NCBI RefSeq assembly: GCF_040938485.1
Contig: NW_027271076.1
Span: 310,001-374,000 of the forward strand
Direction of reading: 5' to 3'
Length of the DNA: 64,000 bases
Source of the DNA: Diadema antillarum
Lineage: Eukaryota
Made by a program: the position numbers and the translations under genes
Shown: one piece after another, positions 23,249-36,792 of the stretch
Numbering within the stretch: position 1 is the stretch's first letter
How the letters are laid out: every line of letters begins with the position of its first letter
The notes under the pieces: generated by a model
Database searches by the model: none
The model's input: only the letters and a program-made list of their open reading frames with translations
What the model was told of the DNA's origin: nothing

Positions 23249-24481
23249 TATGGTTGTCAATCCGTGAAGGATAGAATCTAAGTGTAAATGCTAAATAAAT
23301 AATCGTTATGACGAAACCTACTTAGGAGGAAGCTTGTTAAGAGTAGGCCTCAGTATTGAACCAAGTGTAGATATCAAGATAAGGAACACGGATACAACAT
23401 AGGACCAAGATATAGATAGCAGCAACAAAAAAAAAAATAAATACTTGAGGATATAGCATATTCTTCTCAAATACAGATTAGGAGGACAAAATGAATTTAA
23501 TTACTGATAACACTAAAAGAATAAACTAAAATGTTATATTTATCTTATCTTAATAGCATCAATATTTCGTTACCATGTACACGGACCCGTGATTCAAAGA
23601 GGTGCTGCGGGATAGCATGATCATCGCTGCCTTCTTCATAACAAAGATTGACGATGTGTTATATTACATGCCACTCAAAAAAGATAATGTGTTTTTCACG
23701 CGATTTTCCGCGGATAGCTAACGGGCAGACATTGGATTTAAATGATCCGTATGTAGTAGAAGGAACCAGCAATGAAAAACGGCAGCATGAAGAGACGAAC
23801 AGAGACTTTCCACGCTCATTTTACTAATCAGTTGATATTTGGACATTTCAGATATTTCAGTATTAACATCTTAATTAAATGTCTTCACCAGCATTTTTAT
23901 GCTTAAAATAGCAGTACACCTTAGAAGGATGAATCCTGGCAAAAGAAAAAGAAGGAGCCTGAGGGAAGAGGGGAGAAATCTTGAGGTTTCCAAAAATGCG
24001 TTACACTGTATTTTCATGTTCATGCTGGCGATTCGTCGTTGTTATGACGAATCATGCATTTTGATCGCCTAGAATTTGTTGTAATTTTAAATCACCTGTT
24101 AAAGTCATAGAGATTAAAAGCTTAGAAAATTCTGCAACTGAAATAAAGAAAAATCGTATGAACAAGAAAGGAATAAAATGAAGACTTTTTTACTCTTTCA
24201 AAACGATGCCAGTGAAAATTGTAAAGAACAACGTAAACGCTAACACAACGAAGAACCAAGATGTGGACTTCAAAAACTTGATGCGCTGCAGGTCTTATCA
24301 TAGAATGGCATGTGTTTCATGTCTGACTCATTCTGTCACATGATGATCATGCGTGATACGGGTACCCCTTAAGACTCTTATAGATTTGTGTACCAAATAT
24401 GTGCAACGAATTTCTAGGAGATGATTCTACCTTTAAATAATGCTGGCAAATTGCCAGCGCGCAAGTATGGCAATTCAAAAT

Positions 24482-25616
24482 CTAAGTTATTTCGATCTTG
24501 GGATGACGCTTATCGGGTCGGAATTGGGATTCCAGATCCCCAAATATTGGTGTAGTTGTTTTGTTCGTGTTTCTGAAAAAGTCTTTAACGGCTTCACGGA
24601 ATTGCGGGTGACGAAGGGTGTACAGTATCGGGTTCACGCAGGAGTTACAAATGGCGAGTGCGGTGACAACACGTGCAAAAGGACTACGCACAAAGGAAGG
24701 AGTGATAAGTCCCAGGTTGAAAGAGAAGAACGCTATCTGGTCTGGAGCCCAGCATATGACGTAGACAAGGACAACCGTCAATGTTAGCGTGAGTACTCGA
24801 GATCGGGCGATGTGGTGGAACGATGCCGTCGACTCGTTCGACACGAAGCGGGCGGCCTCCCGCCGGAGTGAGCGCGCAATGGCTACCTGGGTCGCAAGCA
24901 TAAGGACGGTTGGGAGGACGAACTGGACGACGAAAATATAAATCCCATAAACTATTTCAAGATTTCTGTGTTCTCGCTTATACACGCACTTTCCCAATAT
25001 CACATTTGTAGAGTTGATTAAGAAGATTCGAACCATGAAGACACACGATCCCACCCAAATAAGACAAACGATGGGATTGACCAGTCGGCGATTTGCGAAG
25101 CGTCTAAACTGGATCGGATAAACCACCGCGAAGAAGCGATCAAGGGACACTGCCACTAGGCTGTAGATTGATGCCGTTACGGTGGTCCACATCAAGTATT
25201 CACCTTCCACGACTTTACAGAATAATGCGCCAGTCCATGAATTGGGAATGGAGTTCAACTTTGGATACGGAATCAAGAGGATCGAAGTGACAAAATCAGC
25301 TATTGCAAGATTTCCCACGAGGATATCCGTTGAGCGACTCTTCGAACGACGCCCGAACACTGCAGCGATGACGAGAACGTTACCAGTGATCCCAAGAACT
25401 GCGATGACGAGCTCGCAGATCACATACCAAGGCCACGCCATACCTTTCCAAGACCACGTAATCAGATTTTGCTCAGCCACTGACGAAAAAGAGCTATATT
25501 CCTCATCGCCAGCTGTGGCTGTTCGCATTTCGGTCACCACTACATCTAAATGTCCTTCCGCAGACATTTCAATAACCGTTGCACTCAAATTGTTTTGAAA
25601 ATCAGTTCCTTGTATT
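24482..25616 (-). CDS. Class A GPCR copy 3, coding exon. Start is either the exon-1 ATG at 29579 (379 aa) or the internal ATG at 25567 (361 aa).
   Basis: Intact 7TM ORF. The ancestral first ATG reads ATTTG here (the ORF track used TTG at 25588). Acceptor GTCAG| ends at 25617. Confidence 0.9.
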
Positions 25617-26304
25617 CTGACACTGTAAGTAAAAAATAATGCAATGTAAGGTATTTACTCAACATAATGGCTTATTATGCATGAGGTTATGTTATATCAT
25701 CGGTAAAGATAACGTCATCAAAATCACAGACATGTATTCGAACTGATGAATACAAAGATTCATTGTCTATTAGTAGACACATGCTACAGTCAGATATATC
25801 ATCATTATTAGGATATCAATATAATAAACTTAAGTTTATGTGATTTACCAGTCTTTTTCTATAAAACAGCATTTTCTTAAACTTTATATTTGCCGCTAAT
25901 GTTAAGAAGAGCATTCCAATAAATCCTCACTGTTCATTACGGACGCCAATATACTAGTTCCTTCATTTGCGTTGACTTTAAACATTGTAACTCTGTGTAA
26001 TAGGACAAAGTTATGATCAAACAAGAAAGATTTATATTACAGGAATTGATACGGTCTTGATGAAGGGATTTTCGAAATAGCCTTGCTGTTACTGAATAAG
26101 ATATAGAACATTGTACTGAAATTGTCAAATGTCAATTGTCAAAAACATTTTTCTTTGAAGACAAAAATATTATAGAAAATTGTGATCCTCCTTGAGTTTC
26201 TGTCGTTTTCATTGTCACAGTTTTAATCTAAAATAAATTAAGTAGGGTCTATAGATATATACCGTAGATAAATAATGTATGAATATATATATAGAAATAT
26301 TATA

Positions 26305-26951
26305 TGTGACCTTGCATCACAAAAGCAACAAAGAGTTGCCAAACATGAATTTTAGTTAGGGGCAGATTCTGAAAGAGCAGACTCTAAGCTTTATAAGGAT
26401 GTATAGCTCAATTCATAATATGGACTCTCCTAACCTATGGAAATATTAAAAAGAAAGCATGCACTCTGGACAAGTGTGAACTGGGAAAAAAAGGGTTTGA
26501 AATACAGGGTCAATTCAAGCGTTTGATATTTACCAAACCGTGCTGGCTGTGCTATGAGTGGGACAAAAAACAGGATGTAAACCATCGTTGCAACAACAAT
26601 AAAGGGATTACCAGATTAAGCTGACATCAAGCATGCTTTATTAACACATTCTGTAGATGAGTAATGTCAACTTTCAAGGCGGTAACACTTTCCTTTCAAA
26701 AGTTATTAGAGTTGAAATTGAAAGGTTTGCAAAGGATTTTCAGGAAATGAAAAGGGACCTCCACCTGATCACACTACTCTACAAAAAAGGTTGTACAAAA
26801 ACTGCTAAAAACACACTCTCCCGTTCATTTTATGACCCCAAACTGAAAAATAATGAAGAACAAAATAGCTCTTACAGATAGTATGAAACACTCAAGATTG
26901 ACTCGGTTGACCCGTGTCACCTTTTTGTTGGTTTTGTGATGCACGGTCACA
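26305..26951 (+). mobile_element. MITE family 1, intron of copy 3 (left arm of an inverted pair)
   Basis: TA|TGTGACC...GCACGGTCACA. Confidence 0.85.
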
Positions 26952-26960
26952 TTATATATA

Positions 26961-27665
26961 CGTGACTGTGCATCACAAAACCAGAAAAAAAAAGTCGCAC
27001 CCCTTGATTTTACGTGAGGATTCAAAAATGCTGAAACAGGTCAATCAAGTCAATTTTGAGTTTTTCATATTTTCTGAAAGAGTCATTCTTCTTCTGAATT
27101 ATTTGTTAGTTTGGGATTATAAAATAAATGGGGAAAGTGTGTTTTTAGCAGTTTTTCTACAACCCTTTTTTTTTGTAGAGTGGTGTAATCATTATGTCTC
27201 AGAGGCCACTGTTCATTTCTTGAAAATTCTTTGCACATTATTCACTTTCAACCCTGATTACTTTTGAAAGGATAATGCTACTTCTTTGAAAGTTGGCATT
27301 TATCATGAACAGAATGTGTTAATAGAGCATGCTTAATTTCAGCCTAATCTGAAAATCCCTACATTGTTGTTGCTCCGGTGGTTTTTATCCTGCTTTCTGT
27401 CCAATTCATCGCACAGATAGCACGGCTTGGTAAAGCTTAAGCGCTTAAAGAGACCATGTACTTTAGAGCCTTTTTTTTTTTCTTAGTTCACACTTTTCCA
27501 GAGTGTGTTTGCTTTCTTTTCCAATATTTGGATAGGTTAGGAGAGTCCATTTGGATTGAGTTATACATCATTTTAAAGCTTAGGATCTGCCCTATGAGAA
27601 TCATTGCCTTGAACTAAAAATTCTTTTGTGGCGACTTCTTCATGGTTTTGTGATGGAGGGTCACA
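26961..27665 (-). mobile_element. MITE family 1, intron of copy 3 (right arm of the inverted pair)
   Basis: Opposite orientation to the previous copy; the spacer is only TTATATATA. Confidence 0.85.
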
Positions 27666-28170
27666 TGTTTTTGTACATTATGCGAGAGGTCGATCCTGAC
27701 CGAAACATACAGATGGTGTCTCATTGTGAAGCATAATAATTATGTGGAAGAAATAAAGTTTAAGGCTGTGATTTCCAAAATGTTCACAGAATCATGAGTC
27801 TGTACGTTGTACATACCCACACACTGCTGTGGTGCATGACGCCCCATACCCCGACCACTTAAATGTCCAAGGTAATTTCAGATGATTATCATCATAAGTG
27901 TTACCACAAACATACCTGATCCGAGAGTAGACATAGTTCAGAAGTTGTTTTAGTTATTACCTTTTATTATTGATATCCAAATATGTCATATGCTTACTTA
28001 AAAATAACATTAGATAGGATATATGTATGTATATATGTATATATATATATATATATATGAGATATGAGAAATGAGGAGAAATCGGTGCGTAGCTTTGACA
28101 TCATTATTCCTCTTACTGTTCCTCTTTTTTGGAAAAGCGCAAGAGTTGAAAAATTGGTCTCCGCCGGGGA

Positions 28171-28220
<50 letters not shown>

Positions 28221-28519
28221 CATATATATATGACATTAATCACCGTAGTACACTTTATGTTTAAAACGACGGTAAAGTGTGATTATTGTACTTCGGAAGT
28301 TTGATACAGGAATTGAATCTATTTTCTTTTTGTATGATACAGAACACATTTCTGTTGACTGCAGACTGTATCTCCGTGTTTAAATGTTTTGCTGATTTAT
28401 GCAAAGGTGATACTTCAGACCATTTTTTAATTATCTTATTTTAAATAGTTATATGATATTGCCCAGTATGATATTGTGCCTTCTATATCATGGCACATTA
28501 TGCCATCTAGACAATCATA

Positions 28520-29212
28520 TCTGACATTGCACCTCAAAACAAACAAAAATTCGCCAGACATGAATTTTTGGTTAAGACCATATTCTGAAAGAACAGACTT
28601 TAAGCTTTAAAATTATGTATAACTCAAATCAAATGGACTCTCCTAACCTACCTAAATATCGGAAAGAAAGCACAAACTCAGGAAAAGTGTGAACTGAGAA
28701 AAGAGGCTCTGAAGTACAATGTCTATTCAAGCGCTTAATCTTTACCAAACCGTGCTGGCTGTGCGATGAATGGGACAAAAAACAGGAAGTAAACCACCAG
28801 AGTAACAACAATGAAGGGATTATCAGATTAAACTGAAATTAAGCATGCCTCATTAACACATTCTGTCCGTAATAAATGCCAACTTTCAAATCAGTAGCAC
28901 TATCCTCTCAAAAGTTATTAGAGTTGAAAGTGAAGAGTGTGGACAAGGGTTTTTCAGAAATGAAAAAGGGATTCTAAAGACACACCTAATCACACTATTC
29001 TACCAGAAATGTTCGAGATAAACTGCTAAAAAAAACACACTTTCCTGCCCGTTTAATGATACCAAATTTTAGCATAATGTAAAAGAAGATCCGCTCTTTC
29101 AGAAAATATGAAAAAGTCAAGTTCGGCTAGGTTGACCCATTTCACTTATTTTCAGTCCTCACGCAAAATCATTGTGTGCGACTTTATGTTCGTTTTGAGG
29201 TGCACGGTCACA
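28520..29212 (+). mobile_element. MITE family 1, intron of copy 3 (young subfamily)
   Basis: Very similar to the copies at 8053, 51363 and 57691. Confidence 0.88.
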
Positions 29213-29574
29213 TATTGTAATGCGTTCTCTTGGCAGCTCCTGATGAAGGCCATAACGAAAGAATAGTCCTCGATAATGACAAGTGCAAGAATCATCCTTT
29301 AAGTATAAGATTAAGATCAAGATTAATATTAAGATTTAATTTAATCATCTAGTTTTAATTTTTTGTACTTCAACGTTGAAAGCACTAGAGGAACATTACG
29401 TAAGATAGGGGGATATAGGTCAACTAGAAACAAGAGAAAGGTGAGCTATGGCGTTGGAATTCCAAAGAAAAATTCAAATTGACGATATTACCCTCTTTTG
29501 ATGGTAGAAAACTATGTGTATGATTGTTTAATTCACCATATCACGAACACTTGCACACAGACCCACAGACTTAC

Positions 29575-29660
29575 CTCATGAAGAAGATCAGGTTGGTGTC
29601 GCAGCAAACATCCAAAAAGACGAAGTGGAACTTCAGAAAACTTCCTCACTACTTTTATAT
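29575..29660 (-). promoter_or_regulatory. TATA box plus exon 1 of copy 3
   Basis: TATAAAAG at 29659-29652. The exon ends CATGAG|GTAAGT. Predicted intron 29574-25617. Confidence 0.75.
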
Positions 29661-30697
29661 GAAAACACATCACTAGATGGTTTGACGAGTGAGTTTGAAA
29701 GTAATTCCATGCCGGAAGTCTGATAGGGTTGAAGGGAATCCATGATTTAACCTTCAAGCCACTTGGGATTTCATTAATAGTCGGCCTGAGCTCATCTCTT
29801 CATGTTTTTTTTTTCATATTTCAAGAAGATTTCTATTAAAGATGACGATGACAAAGAAACGCATCAACGTCGCATTTTCCCCCGCAAATAGGATACAACC
29901 TTACATCTTTAGCGGTCAGTAATCATGAATTGCAAGGCCCAGAGCTAATGGATATGCAGTTTATATGATATGCAATTTTTTCCCTTTTCTTGAGGAGAGC
30001 GATGTTTTTCGTTTTTGCTCTTTGTCAGTAACAGATCAATGATGTAACAGAGTTCCTGGATCCATTAAGGGATGAAAAGATTGCATATCTGTCTTTCTCT
30101 CTCTCCCTCTCTATTTCTATCGGACGTACTTACGAGCAGAAATACACAAATCTGTGTTTCAACTGTTCCCTCTACTATGTCTCCTGTTTATCCTTCTGTA
30201 TTTTTTTTTCTTGATAGTTTTTCGCTGATCTCTGTTTTCCTCTATATTTTCTTGGGTTTTTTTCTCATACATTTCCACCAGTGTGCAGTGATCCTTTTAG
30301 CTCTCAAGCTTGCGCTTTTCAATAGCTTATTATGATTTTACATTTTACTCTCAGGAATGTGTGTTTCTTATCCATATTTAGATTGACAATAACGATGAGA
30401 AAACGAAGGTAAAAAAATACAGAGGGCGTATGTTTAAACATTCTCCTTTGATTGTCTCTTTGTTTTGGATTTTGTGCGATATTGGAGCTGGAAGTTGAAG
30501 CTCGGGAAACATGACATTTTATCGCATGGAAATGTTTTCAATGCTTATGTATTATTATAGTATTTTGACATATGTACATACTATTATATGATACAGAATC
30601 ACACGCAAACACAGAAATAAGCAGATTGGCCCTACTTTTTTTCGAATTCAAAGTTTTACATTCTTGAAGCATACTCTCTCTCTATGAATATACACTT

Positions 30698-30744
<47 letters not shown>

Positions 30745-30746
<2 letters not shown>

Positions 30747-31252
30747 TCAAGTGCCACGTTCGCACGTCCGACTCAGTCGACGGCGTGCCAACTTCGCATA
30801 TTCTGCTCAACAAACAAAGCCGCCAAAACCGATCGATAAATCACTAATCACTGCTAATCCGGCGTCACAGTGAAGGCGTTTCTCGTGCTTTTGTTCCTCT
30901 CATATACGGCTTGCATTCTACATTGTATGTGGTGATTGACTATCTAGCGGTGTTCCCAACTAGATTTGTTCGAACATTCTAAGTTTTTGTCACGGTTTTA
31001 TGTGCAAAAGTCATGCCTTGGATACAGTAATGTAGCAACTGGTCATTCAAAAAAAAAAAATAGATTCGTAATACAATTGATATCGAAACAAAACTTGGCA
31101 TTCCTCTTTAACTTTGCCTACTATTATGCCCTTCTTAGCAGAAATTTGTAGAAGTTATACAAATTGAAAAAACAGAATTCTTTCTCAAAGCATGACTACC
31201 TTCCTGTCTCAAAATAACGTGGCACACGGGAGGTTTCCACCATTGCACATAA

Positions 31253-31255
<3 letters not shown>
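30745..31255 (-). mobile_element. piggyBac-like MITE, inverted, flanked by (TA)n on both sides
   Basis: Reverse homolog of 4567-5091. Confidence 0.65.
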
Positions 31256-31308
<53 letters not shown>

Positions 31309-31525
31309 CCCTAGTTGGCACCTTAGGGAGACATATTGGGGGAAGTGTCTTCATTATGGAGACAACTGGTCATTAAGGAGACAATTTTTGTGTCTCCATT
31401 GCGTAAATTGCCATTGAACATGTATTTTAAAATTTGCATATAAAACAAATGGAAATGTCTTCCAAATGACCCATCTTGGAGTATATATATATATATATAT
31501 ATATATATACGTGTGTGTGTGTGTG

Positions 31526-32209
31526 TGTGACCCTGCATCACAAAACAATCAAAAAGTCGCCAGACATGGATTTTTAGTTAAGAGTAGATTCTGAAAGACC
31601 AGACTCTAAGCTTTAAAATGATGTTTAACTCAATTCAAATGGATTTTCCTAATCTATATAGATATTGAAAAGAAAGGACACACTCTGGAAAGTGTGAACT
31701 GAGAAAACAGGCTCTGAAGAACAGGGTGTATTCAAGCACTTAACCTTTACTAAACTATGCTAGCTGTGGGATGAACTGAACAAAAACATAATGTTGACCA
31801 CTGGAGCAACAACAATGAAGGAATTATTAGATTAAACTGAAATTAAGCATGCTTCATTAGCACATTCTGTATAATGATTAATACCGACTTTCAATCCAGT
31901 AGCATTATTCTCTCAAAAGTTATTGGAGTTGAAAGTGAAGTGTATGGACACAGGGTTTTTGAGAAATGGGAAGGGTTCTATGAGAAACGACTAATCACAC
32001 AATTTCACCAAAATATGTTCAGGAAAAACTGTTCAAAACACAAGTGCCTGTTTGTCTTGTGATCCGAGACTTTTATATAATAGAACTAGACTTGTTCTTT
32101 CAGAAAATATGAAAAACTAAAGATTGGTTAGGTTGACCCATTTCACCTATTTTCAGTCCTCGCACAAAATCACTGTGTGCGACTTTTTGTTCGTTTTGTG
32201 GTGCATGGG

Positions 32210-32213
<4 letters not shown>
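31526..32213 (+). mobile_element. MITE family 1 between compound microsatellites
   Basis: TGTGACCCTGCATCACAAAAC...GTGCATGGGCACA. Confidence 0.85.
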
Positions 32214-32254
<41 letters not shown>

Positions 32255-33842
32255 GTGTGTGTGTGTCTGTGTGTGTGTGTGTGTGATGTGTGATGTGTGT
32301 GTGTGTATAAGCGTGCATGTGCACACACTATATTGTGTTTGTTATTTCATTTTTATATCCCAGTCAAGTTCAAAAAGTTCATAAAGTTCAAAAAGTTCAT
32401 AATGACTCATGTGGTTGAGTCAATGAACTTAAAGATAGTGGTATACACTGAAAAACTTTCAATCTCCGAGAAAGTTTCACGTACGATTTTGCCATTTTTT
32501 TTCTTTTAAGGGGAGATAAATCCACATTATTGGTGGAGAAAACTACAACGGTCACAGCACACCCTCTGCACTGCTGTTCACTCAGTAAGTGGCAACATTT
32601 ATAAATCATGTTATAATAGTCTAGTTTGTTGAAACATTTCCTTGGACCATCTTGCTATAGTCAAGCTCTACCCATGCAGATGGTCCCCTGCATTATTTAA
32701 TGTTGTTTTCTAAAACGTTTATTCAAATTGCTTTTCCTTTCAATATGACATTCGTATCTTTATTCTCTATGTTTTTCCTACGATCGTTACATATAATTAA
32801 AACGTGTAAAGACGTATGTAATTCTTATAATGATGCCAAAAACTTTACAATTCGTTTTGCTTTAGTGAAAATGGAATCCAGAAAAAAAAACAAACAAACA
32901 AACAAACGAATAAACAAACCCTGAACTAAATTATTATTAAAGTACACTTTCCTGGAACCACTGATGAATCTGCATCATGAACCTCCCTCACTCTGTATTT
33001 GCAGTAGGGTAAAGAGAAATTCTGCTCATTACATGAGGCTAACACTTGATACTGTCTTTGAATACGACTTTCACCATGAAACTGCATCTCTAGTCAAAGG
33101 ATGTTATAGCAGGACTGAGCAGAACAACTCTTACATTAAAAACAACAACAAGAAGAAGACAGATCAAACCTTTTGATCAAGTCTGTTTGACTTGACTTAT
33201 CTTGAAATATTTGGAGAGTAGGCCTACAGTGTCGTGACTCGTCCGATTCGCTCCGTAAGCTCTGACTGGCTGGTGAACATAATGCGAACATTCACCCGTG
33301 ATGTCACTGCCTTTATTAGTGCCTTTATTGTAGGATGCTTCCCGGATCACCGATTTGTACGCTGGAGAATAAGGTTGTGCCGAAGTCCCCCTCCTCTTTT
33401 GAGGGAAAGAATTGGAGGATATTCGCAGACTTCTCTTTCTCAATCGTGAATACCTGACGAGGAGGCACGAGGAGGAGGAGTCGTTCAGGGATTTCCTTGC
33501 TAATCGCAAACAGTTTTATCAATGGCCATGCATCTATTATGCAAAAAAAAAAAAGTTTAATTGGAACGTTTTTTGTCTGTTCTTCATATCAACGATATGT
33601 GGAATTCATCAAGATTCGTTCTTTTTATTTCAATTAGCTGATGCTTCTGATGTGTTTTCATCTAAATCCGATTCAGATGTATTGTCTATAAACATGAAAT
33701 TGACGAATTTACTTGAATGGATAAGACCATAAAATGTCAATAAATTAACCAAAAAGAAAGAGACAATTTTTTGTTTTAATTAATTTCCTGGAAATTTGCC
33801 AAGGTATATTTTCCTTGATTATACACTTTAAGGAAAAAAAAA

Positions 33843-33883
<41 letters not shown>

Positions 33884-33888
<5 letters not shown>

Positions 33889-34545
33889 CCCGCTACAACA
33901 AAAGGATCCGAAAGTCGGGATAGGACATTTTTTTTTTAATATGGCATGACATTTTCCCCTTACTCTTCTACTCTAATTTCATATATAGCACAACTTACAA
34001 ACGTACTTGGTTGCGGATATATCGATGAATTCTATGAGCGCATGTCAAGTGGGTGTGGAAATCAGAGTTTCGAGAAAAACGCCCTCAAAGTTTTTCTTGC
34101 GACGCTATCATGATCAAGGGAAGGCGAGACAGTTTTCACCGCTAGACAATAGAAGGTATGCTCCTAGCGACCTCCGCGATGTTCATTCAAGCTTAGCTCC
34201 AGCGGTCTACGCACGACCAATCAGTAATCAGGATGCCACGCACTGACCAATAAGATCACTCCCTCATTGCTAGGGGCGAAGTCTAGCTGCGGCGCTAAAT
34301 CCAAATCTTCGGACACGTTTCAGTTATGTTGAAAGTCAGAAAATCATGGCCCCCCAAAATGCTGATTTCTTGCCTTTCCTTTGATCATTTAGCTTCGATG
34401 ACAGATGACAGACAAAACATAAGACTACAAAATTATGTCAAAATCAGAAATCCGATTGTTTTGATTAATTTTGATTATGTGACTTCAAACTCGATTTTCT
34501 CGGCTCAGCCATCAGCGACTTTAGGATCCTTTTGTTGTAGCGGGT

Positions 34546-34549
<4 letters not shown>
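33884..34549 (+). mobile_element. TGTGACC MITE family 2, complete, 666 bp
   Basis: Near-perfect 26-bp TIR TGTGACCCGCTACAACAAAAGGATCC; interior differs from family 1. Confidence 0.88.
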
Positions 34550-34610
<61 letters not shown>

Positions 34611-34698
34611 TCTCAAGAGAGTATAACTTTGTCTTCCTAAAATTATCTTTTGCTGTTATTCTCTACCTTTTTTATTCCCTTACTTTCCCTTACTCTAA

Positions 34699-35057
34699 AA
34701 GGTGTGTAGCCTGCAGTTCTGGTTGAGGTGAGGATTGTAGCTTTTAACGTTTTGCGAGATATTCAGAAACCACTCTATGAAATGTCAAAGAGCATGCAAT
34801 TCTAAGGGATATCAAAAGTTTATTTGATGAAAATAGGTGAAACAAAGAGATCCTAATAAGAGGCGTGGCCTGTCGCCTTTTATTATTATAACTCTTTTTG
34901 ATATCTCAGCTATTTGAATACCAATTTTCGCCAAACAAACGTTGAATCCTTCTTAAAAATTACATGTTCTGTCATATTTTATAAGAGGTTTCTCATTATC
35001 TCACTTCGGAATGTTTAAAACATGAATCCCCACCTTAACCAGTACTGTACAGTCCCT
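34699..35057. mobile_element. Kolobok-like MITE
   Basis: Homolog of 53633-53980; ends CCAGTACTGTACAGTCCCT. Confidence 0.62.
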
Positions 35058-36792
35058 CTAACTATAGCATAATTCCTCATAGTTAGAAAAAAGAAATAAG
35101 ATTACAAAAAAAATAACCTCATTATTGCTAAGGAGTCAGTGACATAGATACGTCATATTGCTGTTTTATCTCATGAAAGTAACATTTTAAAGATCAATGA
35201 TTTGTCGGGCCTACATTTTGCGCTTAAGGAAACTTATGTACAAACTTACAACCATTTCTCCCTCTTGTATTCCATCCCATGTTAATAAAAAGAAAAACAA
35301 TGTCCATCACCTGGCAATGTAATCAATTTCACTTGCCTTTGAATGGAGCAATGTTTTGGCCTGATTTGCATTTCTGGCCCTACTTTTGGAGTTCCCCTGA
35401 TAGCAGAATAAAAAGAAGCTTGAAGTTTTAATACTTTCACTTTCGAGTTTAGAGATTTTTTTTTCTTCAGAAATTTCCTTATAACAGTATCAATTATACC
35501 CTTGTTAGCCCTGATTTCATCTCTTTTAAATCATAATCGTTCATTGCCTTTTAGTAAAATGTATGTTCTATACCTCGATGAACCAATGCATCTCGTGCAA
35601 CCCCTCGTCATTCGTTCCTTTTCTTCGTCCTCTTCCCATTATTCCTTCGACACTATTATTTGCTCTCTTTCTTTTTTTCAGTACAAAGCTGCCTTTCGTT
35701 TGTTTGTGTGTGTAATCCTTTTGGCCTTTTTGTTCTTTCTTTTACTAATCCTGTTTCAGCAATTAGATATCAATTATTGTTTATGAGGAAATTGCAAAGT
35801 ACAACCCTCAATCCTCAATCAATTTTGGTTCGGCATTTGTCTTAAAGTCACAGCATGCATTCTGTTTCAGTTCACAGCACATTATTTTCCTTGATTACAA
35901 TGTTGTAAAACTGATTTTTTTTTCTTATTAAGAGTACTAACATGTTACGGATTTAAGAATTTAGAAGTTATGAAGATTCTGCAACTGACCCCCCCCCCCC
36001 CCCATGCCCCCCCCCCATCCATATATGTGTGTATATAGACATATGTGATAAATTGCAAGAAAGCCTATTTATATAACGGATAATACCAACATTTCTAAGC
36101 GTTTTACAATAGATATGCATACACCTACTTAAACTTAACTGCAGTAAATTTGATACTCCAAGTCAATAAGCATGGATAACTTTGACGCTATGAAAATGCT
36201 TTAACAACTGAACAAGCACTACGAAAATCAGAATTACTTACTGAAAATCAAACTGATAAGTGGTGGAGTAAAGCAGAAAAGGTTACAGACATTATTTGAC
36301 TGTTTCAAACGATGTGGATTTACGAACTGTATTTGGCAAATATTTCCAAACCTTGAGGCATACATCTACGGACAATAAAGATGAGTGCTGGCAGGCGATA
36401 TAAACAAGAAAGGTCTTTCAAAGAATTACTCTTTCAAAACGCTGAAAGGGAATATTGATAACCAAATAAAAGGACAAAGCACCGAAAACCTGAAATGTGG
36501 TTTTAAAAAGCTGACGACTTGCAAGTCTTGTCATACGATGACTTCTAACCGTTTAACATTCTTTTGCGCCGCGATGGTCAATCCGCTTCATTCCGCCGCA
36601 TTCACAGACCCGGGCGTATTGATTTAAATATATTTTAATCTGCTCTCAAAGACTCCGATGTTTAAAATAATGAAAACTAAATTGAAACCAGACGTGAAAA
36701 AAATAAAGTGCAAGGATCAGTCTGGTGCATTGTATCTCCTGCCAGTATTTGCTGCTCATAGATGTATGCTGCTTGTGGAGGTCTGCGTAGTT

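Noticed and set aside
23580-23830. GC-richer, coding-looking patch
   Set aside because: Short, interrupted by stops in the frames I read, with no recognisable motif or second copy.
24540-24720. Gene conversion between copies 3 and 7 (identical TM7-helix 8 peptide)
   Set aside because: Several synonymous nucleotide differences are visible, which fits purifying selection better. A formal GENECONV test would settle it.
27994-28304. Cluster of ORFs with YIYIYI runs (also at 7889, 20402, 31323 and 32100)
   Set aside because: These are microsatellite translations.
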